64,000 nt of DNA from Lentisphaerae bacterium GWF2_45_14 (lineage in GTDB: Bacteria; Verrucomicrobiota; Lentisphaeria; Victivallales; GWF2-45-14), in the NCBI GenBank assembly GCA_001804785.1, contig MHBG01000072.1, forward strand, positions 53,002-117,001, given 5' to 3'. Shown here piece by piece: positions 36,639 to 44,856 of this stretch (position 1 is the first letter of the stretch; the number at the start of each line of letters is the position of its first letter). A program made the translations under genes and the position numbers. The notes under the pieces were generated by a model that saw only the letters and a program-made list of their open reading frames with translations, searched no databases and was not told where the DNA came from.

Positions 36639-36667
36639 TTGACAAAAATGTATCGTTACATTATAAT
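36639..36667 (+). promoter_or_regulatory. Consensus sigma70 promoter (TTGACA-N17-TATAAT) of the first LacI locus
   Basis: TTGACA at 36639..36644, 17-nt spacer, TATAAT at 36662..36667, 34 nt upstream of ATG 36701 (RBS AGAGAGG). Confidence 0.55.
36648..36661. promoter_or_regulatory. LacI-type operator candidate inside the promoter spacer (ATGTATCGTTACAT)
   Basis: 12/14 palindrome with a central CG, resembling TGnnAnCGnTnnCA LacI/CcpA-family operators. It lies between the -35 and -10 hexamers. Confidence 0.4.
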
Positions 36668-36700
36668 AACCGGTGTAATGATTCATTAAGAGAGGCGTGA

Positions 36701-37720
36701 ATGCTTAGTTCAAGGCGTATAAAAGAAAATGTAACCCTTTCTGACGTGGCGATGCTTGCCGATGTTTCAGTTTCCGCGGTTTCCAAGGCGCTGCTGGGCG
36801 GCGGTGGTAGGACGACTAAGGTTAGCGAGAAGACTGCTGCAAAAATAAGGGCTGCCGCTGCCAGGCTGGGCTACAGTCCGAATTCCGCGGCGCGTCAGTT
36901 AAAGACGGGAAAGAGCAGAATGATTGGTGCTCTCATTCATGCGACTGCACCGATGGTTTTTTATGATCTTTTTGCGAGGGTACAGAAAAGCCTTGCCCAG
37001 ATGGGATATTGTTTTGTTGTTGCACAGTCCGAGGGGAATTCTGAACTTCTGGAGCGCAATCTCAATGAATTCCGTTCAAGAAATGCCGACGTCATAATAA
37101 GCGCGTTTCACGAATACCCCGGACAGGGGCGTTTGAGGGAAATATATTCCATGTTCGACAATGTCCTTTACATCGGTAAGCCGGAACTTGATAATGCTTC
37201 TTATGTCGAAGCCGATATAAAAAACGGAATTGTCCAGCTAGTGGACTATCTTGTCGCTAAAGGTGCAAAACGTATTGCTATTGACATTACCGACCGTTTT
37301 TACAGGGGAGTAAAGGAACGTATTGCCGGATATACCGAAGGCCTTGCGAAGAACAATATTTCATTTGATGAAAAGATGATGATGGAATATGATGGAGACC
37401 TCAATTCCGTTTCCTCAGTGATTGAAAAAATCCAGACGCTCAAGCCGGATGCAATAATAGCCAACAATGATCTAAGGGCACTTCGAATCATCAAAAATAT
37501 GAAGTCATTGAATATAAACGTTCCGGATGATGTAAGAGTGACGGGCTTTGACAATATGGAGTTTGCTGCCTCCGTCAGTCCTTCCCTTACAACCATGGAT
37601 TTGCGAAACGACAAGCTTGCAGACAATATTATTGAGATGATTAAAAAGTTTCTTTCCGAAGGGCAGTTTCCTGAATGTGCAATTATAAAACCTGAACTTA
37701 TAACTGGAGAATCAGCATGA
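36701..37720 (+). CDS. LacI-family transcriptional regulator
   Basis: 339 aa. N-terminal HTH TLSDVAMLADVSVSAVSKAL...SEKTAAKIRAAAARLGYSPNSAARQL, then a periplasmic-binding-fold domain. Confidence 0.88.
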   Translation: MLSSRRIKENVTLSDVAMLADVSVSAVSKALLGGGGRTTKVSEKTAAKIRAAAARLGYSPNSAARQLKTGKSRMIGALIHATAPMVFYDLFARVQKSLAQMGYCFVVAQSEGNSELLERNLNEFRSRNADVIISAFHEYPGQGRLREIYSMFDNVLYIGKPELDNASYVEADIKNGIVQLVDYLVAKGAKRIAIDITDRFYRGVKERIAGYTEGLAKNNISFDEKMMMEYDGDLNSVSSVIEKIQTLKPDAIIANNDLRALRIIKNMKSLNINVPDDVRVTGFDNMEFAASVSPSLTTMDLRNDKLADNIIEMIKKFLSEGQFPECAIIKPELITGESA

Positions 37721-38439
37721 AATTCAGAGTAAAATGTTTTACTCTTATCGAGTTGCTTTTGGTTATTACAATAATAGCAATCCTTGCTTCAGTCCTCCTC
37801 CCGGCCCTTTCAAAGGCCAGGGATAAAAGTAAGCAGATTTGCTGTATAGGCAATTTAAAAAACTGGACAACCGCCGAACAGATGTATTTAGGTGATTTCA
37901 ACGCCTGCTTTTCTCCGGTGAGGGATAGGCAATACGCCACTGAAAAATTATGGTTTGACAGTATTGCCGGCTATATAGCATTGGAGGATAATGACAATCC
38001 GGGATATTTGCGCAACAGAGAAAGTAAAGATCATCGCTACATTCACCGCTGTCCGTCAAAAAGGGATTATCCGACAGCATGGGTTCAGCCTGATTATGGA
38101 GTAAATGCCTGCCTGGGGCCGTATTACAACGCGGACGGGACTCTTAATCTTACGCCAGTTGCCATTTCTTCTTCGCGGGTTCTTAATCCCGCTAAAACAA
38201 TGCTTTATATAGACTGTCTGGAAGGTTCTTCCGGCCTTCTTCCTGCATGGTATTCAACGAATCCCTTCAGTTCCAATCCAACATGTTTTACTGCCTATAG
38301 ACATGGAAACGGCGCGAATGTCGCATTTGTGGATGGAAATATAAAATGGATGAAAGCTCCGTCCTATGATATCGGACTGGACATAGCAATTGATAAATAT
38401 AAGTATAAATGGAGCTATTTATGGGACGACCGGCCATAG
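37717..38439 (+). CDS. Pseudopilin-like protein: prepilin-type N-terminal methylation-domain helix plus DUF1559-like C-terminus with HX9DG
   Basis: MKFRVKCFTLIELLLVITIIAILASVLLPALSKAR... and, near the C-terminus, YRHGNGANVAFVDGNIKW (H-x9-DG). ATGA overlap with the lacI stop. Confidence 0.85.
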   Translation: MKFRVKCFTLIELLLVITIIAILASVLLPALSKARDKSKQICCIGNLKNWTTAEQMYLGDFNACFSPVRDRQYATEKLWFDSIAGYIALEDNDNPGYLRNRESKDHRYIHRCPSKRDYPTAWVQPDYGVNACLGPYYNADGTLNLTPVAISSSRVLNPAKTMLYIDCLEGSSGLLPAWYSTNPFSSNPTCFTAYRHGNGANVAFVDGNIKWMKAPSYDIGLDIAIDKYKYKWSYLWDDRP

Positions 38440-38468
38440 TGATTAAACAAAAATGGGAGATATATACA

Positions 38469-40634
38469 ATGAAAAAAGTTATGAAGATGGCTGTGCTTTT
38501 GGGTATAGTGTTGCTGCAGGCGTGTTATCCAGCAGCAAAAAACTGCGTTGTTAAAGAGGAACCCGATAAAAAGTCCATGGATCTGTGGAACTTTACGGGA
38601 ATGAACTGGAGCCTGTGGAACCGCAATACAAGGGAACAGATACTGAGCGATTCCGAGATGGAAAAACGTGCTGATTATCTTAAAGGACTTGGCGTCAACA
38701 CCGTCTTTATCAACGGACTGCATTTCCGTTTATCTTTCCTTGACAGGAATAAGCGGACATTGGAACAGCTAAAAAGAGTTACAGCCATTTGTCATGCCAG
38801 GGGGATGAAGGTCATAGAGCACCTTGACCTAACAATCCCGTTATACCTTGGGACATCTGATATGCTGAAACATCCGGAATGGCTTCAGATTGACGCACGT
38901 TACGGATCAACCGTTGCTAGATGGTATTGTTTCAATAATCCCGACTTCCAAAAGTGGAGTATCAATTATCTTAAAGATCTGCTCAGAAAAACGGATGTCG
39001 ACGGTTTCAGCCTTGATGAAGTGGGGTACTCGATAAGCAGGATAAAAGAGGAGATTTTTTGCGGATGCGGGTACTGCCGGAAGAAGTTGAAGGAGGATAC
39101 GAGGGTTCTATTATCTGAGAATTCAAACTCTCTGTTTTGGAACAATTATGATGATTCCGCGTGGCGTAGGTACGTAAAGTGGCGCATTACTTCCAAAAGG
39201 GACTACATGATAAAAGTTTCAGATGAACTGCGGAAAATCAGGCCCGATATCTTTTTTACCGGATACAACACTAATTTTGCGAACGTCTATGCGCGGGATC
39301 ATGGCGGCTGCATGTGGGAAGATTCTAAAGTCCCCAATATGTTTACAGGAATCGAAATATGGGTAAGGCTTTCAACTACCGCGTCTTTTCCCTTTATAAT
39401 GGCGGATTTGAAACTGCGCTCAGCGATTGCGGACCACTGGAACCGTCCATCCTGGATAATTGTCACGCCTGAAGATGATGAAACATTCATATTCACATGG
39501 GCAATGACACGAATGGCAAAGCAGCGTCCATGGATAAATAAGACGCTTATTCCTGAAGGACAAATGAAAAAATGTCTGGCTGCACCGCCATTCATGAATG
39601 ATGAAAACTGCAGGATACTGACAGACATCGGGGTCTTGTTTTCTACGCAGGCAAGAGACGCATACAAAGATTCTTCGGCGCACGGCTTTCCTGTAACGGG
39701 TTGGCTGGAGTTCCTGATAATGAATAATATTCAGGCGGATGCGCTGATGGATGATGATTTGAATCCGGAAATCCTGTCGAAGTATCGTCTCCTGATTCTT
39801 CCGAATTCATCAGCTTTAAGTGAAAAACAAATTGCTGCCTTGATTTCATTTATCGAAAAAGGGGGCAGCGTTATATGTTCGCTGGAAACAGGCGGCCTCA
39901 ATGAAAATGGCGAATCGCGTGGCAGTAATTTATTTTTAAATCATTACGGGTTGAAGAATATTAAGATGAACAAAGGCGGGATAAAGCTTTTCCCATCACC
40001 ATGGTATGACGAGAAGGATTTCAGCGTGACACTGAATGACCGTTTTGCCGTTCCCGAGATAGACGGGAAGGATTTTAAAGTGCTGGCGGAACTTGAATCC
40101 CAAGGTAAACGCTATCCCGGAATAATGATTAAAAAGATAGGGAAAGGCAATCTCCTCTATAGTGGAGTCGAGCTTGGCAACTTGTATTTTATGAATGAAA
40201 TTCTGAAAGGCGGAAAAATCCCTGTTTGGCATGGCGAAAAGTATGCCCCCTTCCTGATGAAAATATTGACGACGGCTTATGACGGGCGCTTTTTATCTGC
40301 TCCGGTAAAGGTGCCCGATGGACTTATATACTATATATATAAAGACAGTTCGAATGGTTCTCTTATAATCCAGACACTTAACACAGCAGGTAGAAAAAAT
40401 CTGTTTCAGGGAGATGGCCCTCTCAAGGAAAAGATAACATACCCGGCGAATGGAGGCATGGTTGTCGATATCCTGTATCCTGGAAGTGCAAGGCCGTCCG
40501 CAACCGTCGTTCAGGCGGACGGAAACGGGCGGACAGTCGAGTGCAAGAGACTTGATTCTGAATATATACGGCTGGACGTTCCGGGAGAAATATTGAAAAC
40601 ATATTCAATAATAAGAATTGATAAGGGAGAATGA
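38469..40634 (+). CDS. Lipoprotein, putative GH42-like glycoside hydrolase (TIM barrel with Cys cluster plus a class-I-amidotransferase-like middle domain)
   Basis: Start moved to ATG 38469 (RBS GGGAGA). Signal plus lipobox MKKVMKMAVLLGIVLLQAC. WYCFNNPDF...DGFSLDEVGY...FCGCGYCRKK is reminiscent of the GH42 Zn-cysteine cluster. LLILPNSSALSEKQIAALISFIEKGGSVI resembles the GH42 central domain. The family call is tentative. Confidence 0.5.
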   Translation: MKKVMKMAVLLGIVLLQACYPAAKNCVVKEEPDKKSMDLWNFTGMNWSLWNRNTREQILSDSEMEKRADYLKGLGVNTVFINGLHFRLSFLDRNKRTLEQLKRVTAICHARGMKVIEHLDLTIPLYLGTSDMLKHPEWLQIDARYGSTVARWYCFNNPDFQKWSINYLKDLLRKTDVDGFSLDEVGYSISRIKEEIFCGCGYCRKKLKEDTRVLLSENSNSLFWNNYDDSAWRRYVKWRITSKRDYMIKVSDELRKIRPDIFFTGYNTNFANVYARDHGGCMWEDSKVPNMFTGIEIWVRLSTTASFPFIMADLKLRSAIADHWNRPSWIIVTPEDDETFIFTWAMTRMAKQRPWINKTLIPEGQMKKCLAAPPFMNDENCRILTDIGVLFSTQARDAYKDSSAHGFPVTGWLEFLIMNNIQADALMDDDLNPEILSKYRLLILPNSSALSEKQIAALISFIEKGGSVICSLETGGLNENGESRGSNLFLNHYGLKNIKMNKGGIKLFPSPWYDEKDFSVTLNDRFAVPEIDGKDFKVLAELESQGKRYPGIMIKKIGKGNLLYSGVELGNLYFMNEILKGGKIPVWHGEKYAPFLMKILTTAYDGRFLSAPVKVPDGLIYYIYKDSSNGSLIIQTLNTAGRKNLFQGDGPLKEKITYPANGGMVVDILYPGSARPSATVVQADGNGRTVECKRLDSEYIRLDVPGEILKTYSIIRIDKGE

Positions 40635-40639
40635 CAATC

Positions 40640-41926
40640 ATGACAAAATACATCTTATCCGCAGTTTTGGTTTCTTTCACAATATTACTTTGCCAAGGGG
40701 GCGAAGAAAATGGATTCCGCACCAATATCAGTCCGGAATTAAGCGTATATTGGAATTCTGAAATATTTATAAAAAGTGACTCTTTTTCAAGCGCTGCTTT
40801 TGATAAGTGTAAAATCGGAAAAGAATTACTTTCTTCATGGGAAACCATATTCAATGTATATGGAGAATATCCTGAATTCCGCTTTTTCAAAGAGGTCGCC
40901 TGCCGCAAAGATGAAGTCGAATTAAACCTGTGGTGCAGAGCAGAGCCCAAGGAGCCGGGCCCGAAGGGATTTACAACTTATACATTTACTATTCCCGTCT
41001 TTTTTCTCAGGGGATGCCGCTATCGTGCTGTTTCGCATATGCCTTATGCGGCTGCGCCCCATTTTACTGAAGGAATATTTTCAGGAGAAGAAAAATCTGA
41101 TTTTAGATTGTTTAAGCCGGGGCTTTATCTGGAAATCTTCAAAGGAAAACAAAAAATTGCAATTGACCTTCAGCCGTGCGGTTCTACGGAGGAACAAGGA
41201 TACGGAAACGGTTCTCGTAATTACTGGTATATGTATAGAGATGGAGAAAACTATAAGCTGGTTAATGGCGTACAGTATTGGCGGATAGGTGGATCGGATC
41301 ATTTTAAAGTCATCTTACGATCTGGAGATAATACAGATTACTATGACATACATCCTTTTTATGTCTCAAGTGAATATTTCCCTTATAAAATAGTCCATGG
41401 ATTTGATTTCGGCGGGAAAAAGGATAAGGGCGCAGCGTCATTTATGGAGCCATGCGGCCTTGATGAATTTGATTCTAAGAAAGGATTTGGATGGCTTGGC
41501 AACGGGGATAAGAATCTGCTTCTTGTTTATGAAAACGAGTCAAATTCACCTAGGGGAACGGCAATCGAGGGGAATGGCGAATCTGTTTTTCGCCTGGATG
41601 CCCGTGCCGGTTTATATCTTTTGAATGTTCAGAGTGGCAGCTTTAAAAAGGATTTAAAAGGATTCAACATATCCATAAATGAGAAAACATCCGTATTTCC
41701 TTCGACAATGCGTGGCGAATTCCTGTTAAAAACCATTCCCGTATTTGTCAAAGAAAATGGACTCGATGTCAAGTTTCAGGGACCGGCATGGCGATTGACG
41801 GCACTTTCTCTTCAGGCCGTAATATTGACCTATGAGGATTTTATGATATCCCGTTCATGGTATCTTGTTCCCGCGTCAGTCCCGCCATGCGCGAAGTTCG
41901 AAAATCTTGAGGAATCTGGTAAATAG
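40640..41926 (+). CDS. Secreted/lipoprotein-like hypothetical protein
   Basis: About 428 aa. The N-terminus MTKYILSAVLVSFTILLCQGG is signal-like. No recognisable catalytic motif. ATG 40640 has better RBS spacing (AAGGGAGA) than 40631. Confidence 0.5.
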   Translation: MTKYILSAVLVSFTILLCQGGEENGFRTNISPELSVYWNSEIFIKSDSFSSAAFDKCKIGKELLSSWETIFNVYGEYPEFRFFKEVACRKDEVELNLWCRAEPKEPGPKGFTTYTFTIPVFFLRGCRYRAVSHMPYAAAPHFTEGIFSGEEKSDFRLFKPGLYLEIFKGKQKIAIDLQPCGSTEEQGYGNGSRNYWYMYRDGENYKLVNGVQYWRIGGSDHFKVILRSGDNTDYYDIHPFYVSSEYFPYKIVHGFDFGGKKDKGAASFMEPCGLDEFDSKKGFGWLGNGDKNLLLVYENESNSPRGTAIEGNGESVFRLDARAGLYLLNVQSGSFKKDLKGFNISINEKTSVFPSTMRGEFLLKTIPVFVKENGLDVKFQGPAWRLTALSLQAVILTYEDFMISRSWYLVPASVPPCAKFENLEESGK

Positions 41927-41929
41927 CCG

Positions 41930-42133
41930 ATGACGGGCGGGGGCGGTCAGGGTAGTTCTCTCAGTCGGACATCGTCGAACCATGCAGTGCCGGAGGCGCT
42001 GGAATTTCAAAAAGGCGAAACTGTAGAATGGATTGTCGCTGAAGGCGGAGAAATTGTTCTTGCCCGTCCGGAAATACCGTCGCGCACAATGGTAAAAAAA
42101 ACGAAAGCCGCTTTGAAAGTGGAGAAATCGTAA
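41930..42133 (+). pseudogene. AbrB/SpoVT-like antitoxin-type fragment (possible gene remnant)
   Basis: 67-aa ORF. ...AVPEALEFQKGETVEWIVAEGGEIVLARPE... looks like the second half of a SpoVT/AbrB swapped-hairpin domain, but the N-terminal part (MTGGGGQGSSLSRTSS) is low-complexity. There is no toxin partner. Confidence 0.25.
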
Positions 42134-42213
42134 GTGAATTTTATCGGATTTTTGAAAAGGGCCGCGCCAGCGTAAAACATGATGGCGTCTGGGAAAAAGC
42201 GAAGCGATTTGCA

Positions 42214-43512
42214 ATGGCGAATCTTCTGAATATTGGCAGGCATACTGTGACGGGAGCGATTGTTGCCGCAGGGGGGCAGTTCCTTGACTGGAATGCGACT
42301 TACAGGCTCTTTTCACGCAATCGGATCGATACATCTAACATGTTCGATGTCAACATTAAAGAGATAGAGGCCACACTTAAGACAAAAGAATCGTTTCGTA
42401 TTCTGATTGATGACACTTTATGTAAAAAATCCGGGAGAAATATGCCGGGAGTCACTTTGCACAGAGACCCGCTGGGGCCGAAATATCGTCCGAATTTTGT
42501 AATGTCGCAGCGCTTCATTCAGTTTTCCGCCGTTCTTGATGAAGCGGGCGGATCGGTTCGCGGCATTCCTGTTGGTTTTTATCATACGCCAAGTCCGCAA
42601 AAACCACCCCGAAAAGCAACACCGGAAACGCTTGAGCAGTATAAAGTTATGCAACAGCAAATGCGTCTGCCCAAGAAGGCCTCCGAACATATCTGCGCAA
42701 TTCGTAACAAGGTCAATCCTGTCAGGAATCTGCTTGTTGTAGGAGACGGGGGTTACACGAACAAAACCGTACTACGCAATCTGCCGAAAAAGACCTCGTT
42801 CATCGGCAGAATCCGAAAAGATGCGAAGCTTTTCAGCATGCCGGATATAAACGCAAGTATCGGCCGCAAAAGGCTTTACGGACAAGCCGTGCCGACACCT
42901 GAACAAATGCGCAAAGACGATGCCATCGAGTGGAAACAGGTTTCCGGATTTGTGAGCGGCAAAATGCGGGACTTCCAAATCAAGACAATCCACGATTTGA
43001 GATCAAAAATATCTGCAGGGATAAATCTCAAGGTGGTCATCGTCCGACCCGTGGGCTACCGGCTGACCCAAAAAAGCAAACTGCTGTATAGAGAAGCCGC
43101 TTATCTGATATCTACCGATGAGAAGCTCGAAGGAGAGGAAATATTACGCAACTTTCTGGCCCGCTGGCAGATAGAAATCAATTTCAGAGATGAAAAAAAT
43201 ATCCTGGGCATTGACGAACCGCAAGTTCGAAATATAAATTCGGTGGAAAATCTTCCGGCTTTCATGGTCGCGACATACGGTATGCTCATGCTCGCCGGGC
43301 ATCATGTTTTCAAACGACATGGCGAAATGCCGCCTCTTCCGAAATGGAGAAACTCGAAAAAAGTCGTCAGACATTCAATTTCGCAATACATCGCGTCGGC
43401 TCGAAACGAACTCATGAATAAAACACAGTTCGCATCTGCATGTCCCGATGACACAAAGCCATTTTTATTCAATTCGCCGCTCAAATCCATGCTGAATTTT
43501 GCCACCCGGTGA
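42214..43512 (+). mobile_element. IS4/IS701-like DDE transposase gene (IS termini not identified; possibly 5'-truncated)
   Basis: 432 aa. Motifs GRHTVTGAIVAAGGQFLDWNATYRLFSRNR, LIDDTLCKKSG, LLVVGDGGY and the C-terminal RWQIEINFRDEKN (Y/W-x-x-R-W-x-IE-x-x-F-x-x-x-K block of IS4-superfamily transposases). Confidence 0.8.
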
Positions 43513-43570
43513 ACTAAAATTTATGCAACAGTGCTTGATTCCTAATTCCCTAATGGGCTAAACTACAGAC

Positions 43571-43592
43571 GGCCTCCCCCCGGGGGGAGGCC
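43571..43592. repeat. Perfect 22-nt GC-rich palindrome GGCCTCCCCCCGGGGGGAGGCC
   Basis: Self-complementary over its whole length (9-bp stem, 4-nt loop). No adjacent T/A run on either strand. Lies 59 nt after the transposase stop. Confidence 0.6.
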
Positions 43593-43770
43593 GTGTTGCG
43601 GATCTCCGGGAATATAACCAGTGACTGAAGAAGTATAAGAAGTATTTTGTAAGACTTATTGCACCCCGCCCCTTTTGTCAGACTAAATGCACTTGGATTC
43701 CTGGAGGGGGGTGCGTTTACTTTTTCAATTTTCACAAGAGGCATTTTTACAAAGAAAATATAATTGGATA

Positions 43771-43799
43771 TTGACAGAGGAAGTATTTTGATGTAGAAT
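43771..43799 (+). promoter_or_regulatory. Sigma70-type promoter (TTGACA-N17-TAGAAT) of the second LacI locus
   Basis: TTGACA at 43771..43776, 17-nt spacer, TAGAAT at 43794..43799, 30 nt upstream of ATG 43829. Confidence 0.5.
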
Positions 43800-43800
43800 A

Positions 43801-43816
43801 GGTTTGTCGTCAAACC
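43801..43816. promoter_or_regulatory. LacI-type operator candidate GGTTTGTCGTCAAACC
   Basis: 14/16 palindrome with a central CG, starting 2 nt after the -10 hexamer (around the predicted transcription start). Confidence 0.45.
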
Positions 43817-43828
43817 AAAAAGGTATTT

Positions 43829-44842
43829 ATGGCTCCTACGATAAAAAATGTCGCTAAAAAAGCCGGGGTGTCTGAAACTACCGTCTCTCTTGCCTTCAGG
43901 GAAAAATCGCGGATCAGCAAGAAGACAAGGGATAAAGTGATAAATGCTGCCTCAGAAATCGGCTATATGCCTAATCTTGCGGCAAAGAATTTGCGGAGCG
44001 GGGCACCGAAGACCATAGGGTTTATAGTAAATGACATTACCAATCCATTTTATAGTCTCATGATGCGTGAGGCTGAAGATATAGCGCTCCAGCATGGTTA
44101 CAGCGTAATCTTCGCCGGCAGCAATTGGTCCGAAGAAAAGGAAAGGCATTTGTTTGAGCAGATGGTGCAGATGCGGGTCAATGGATTAATCGTGTGTCTA
44201 TGTGAAAAATCCGCGGAATCTGTCGGAATGCTTGATCGTTTCAAGATTCCCTATATCGCCGTTGATTCATATCCTGACTGGTACAAGGGTGCGTATGTCG
44301 CTAACGATTTCAGACAGGCGGGTACGATGGCTGCTATGCATCTTTTTCAGCAAGGTTGCCGCAATCCGGCATATTTTACTGCCGGAAAAGAGATGAAAGA
44401 ACTCAGTGCGTTTATGAAAATGGAACGCTATTTCGCTGAATATTTCAGAATTAATAAAGTGGACTTCGGAAGAAGCAATGTCATTGAAGCAGGCCTGAGT
44501 ATCCGTAACGGACATGAGGCTTTTGATAGAGAGTTCCAAAGAGGGAAAAGATTTGACGGGATTTTCTGCGTAAATGATTTATGCGCGATGGGCGTAATGG
44601 AAGCCGCATCCGAATCAGGCGTGGTTCCAGGCAGAGACCTTGCCATAGTGGGCATTGACGATACCGAAGTATCCGCTTTTTCCCGTGTTTCACTGAGCTC
44701 CATCCGACAGCCTTACAGCCAGATTGCCAAGATTGCAATGGAATCATTGCTAGAATCTGCCGATTCAGGGGTCTGCCCGGACATCAGGGTAGAACTGCCG
44801 GCGGAGTTTATTGTCAGAAATTCATCAAAACTTTTTAAATAA
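43829..44842 (+). CDS. LacI-family transcriptional regulator
   Basis: 337 aa. HTH TIKNVAKKAGVSETTVSLAF...SKKTRDKVINAASEIGYMPNLAAKNLR. Confidence 0.88.
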   Translation: MAPTIKNVAKKAGVSETTVSLAFREKSRISKKTRDKVINAASEIGYMPNLAAKNLRSGAPKTIGFIVNDITNPFYSLMMREAEDIALQHGYSVIFAGSNWSEEKERHLFEQMVQMRVNGLIVCLCEKSAESVGMLDRFKIPYIAVDSYPDWYKGAYVANDFRQAGTMAAMHLFQQGCRNPAYFTAGKEMKELSAFMKMERYFAEYFRINKVDFGRSNVIEAGLSIRNGHEAFDREFQRGKRFDGIFCVNDLCAMGVMEAASESGVVPGRDLAIVGIDDTEVSAFSRVSLSSIRQPYSQIAKIAMESLLESADSGVCPDIRVELPAEFIVRNSSKLFK

Positions 44843-44856
44843 AAGGATAGTTTATC

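Noticed and set aside
40423-40950. 175-aa minus-strand ORF spanning the 40634/40640 gene junction
   Set aside because: It is antisense to two co-directional plus-strand genes in an otherwise uniformly plus-strand operon, with no motifs and no RBS.
41876-42334. 152-aa minus-strand ORF over the AbrB-like fragment and the transposase start
   Set aside because: It is antisense to the transposase frame, Arg/Ser/Cys-rich and low-complexity. It is probably spurious.
43661-43732. Possible intrinsic terminator (GCACCCC...GGGGTGC followed by GTTTACTTTTTCAATTTT)
   Set aside because: The stem is only 7 solid bp and the intervening loop is about 35-40 nt, far from a canonical terminator hairpin. I left it uncalled.
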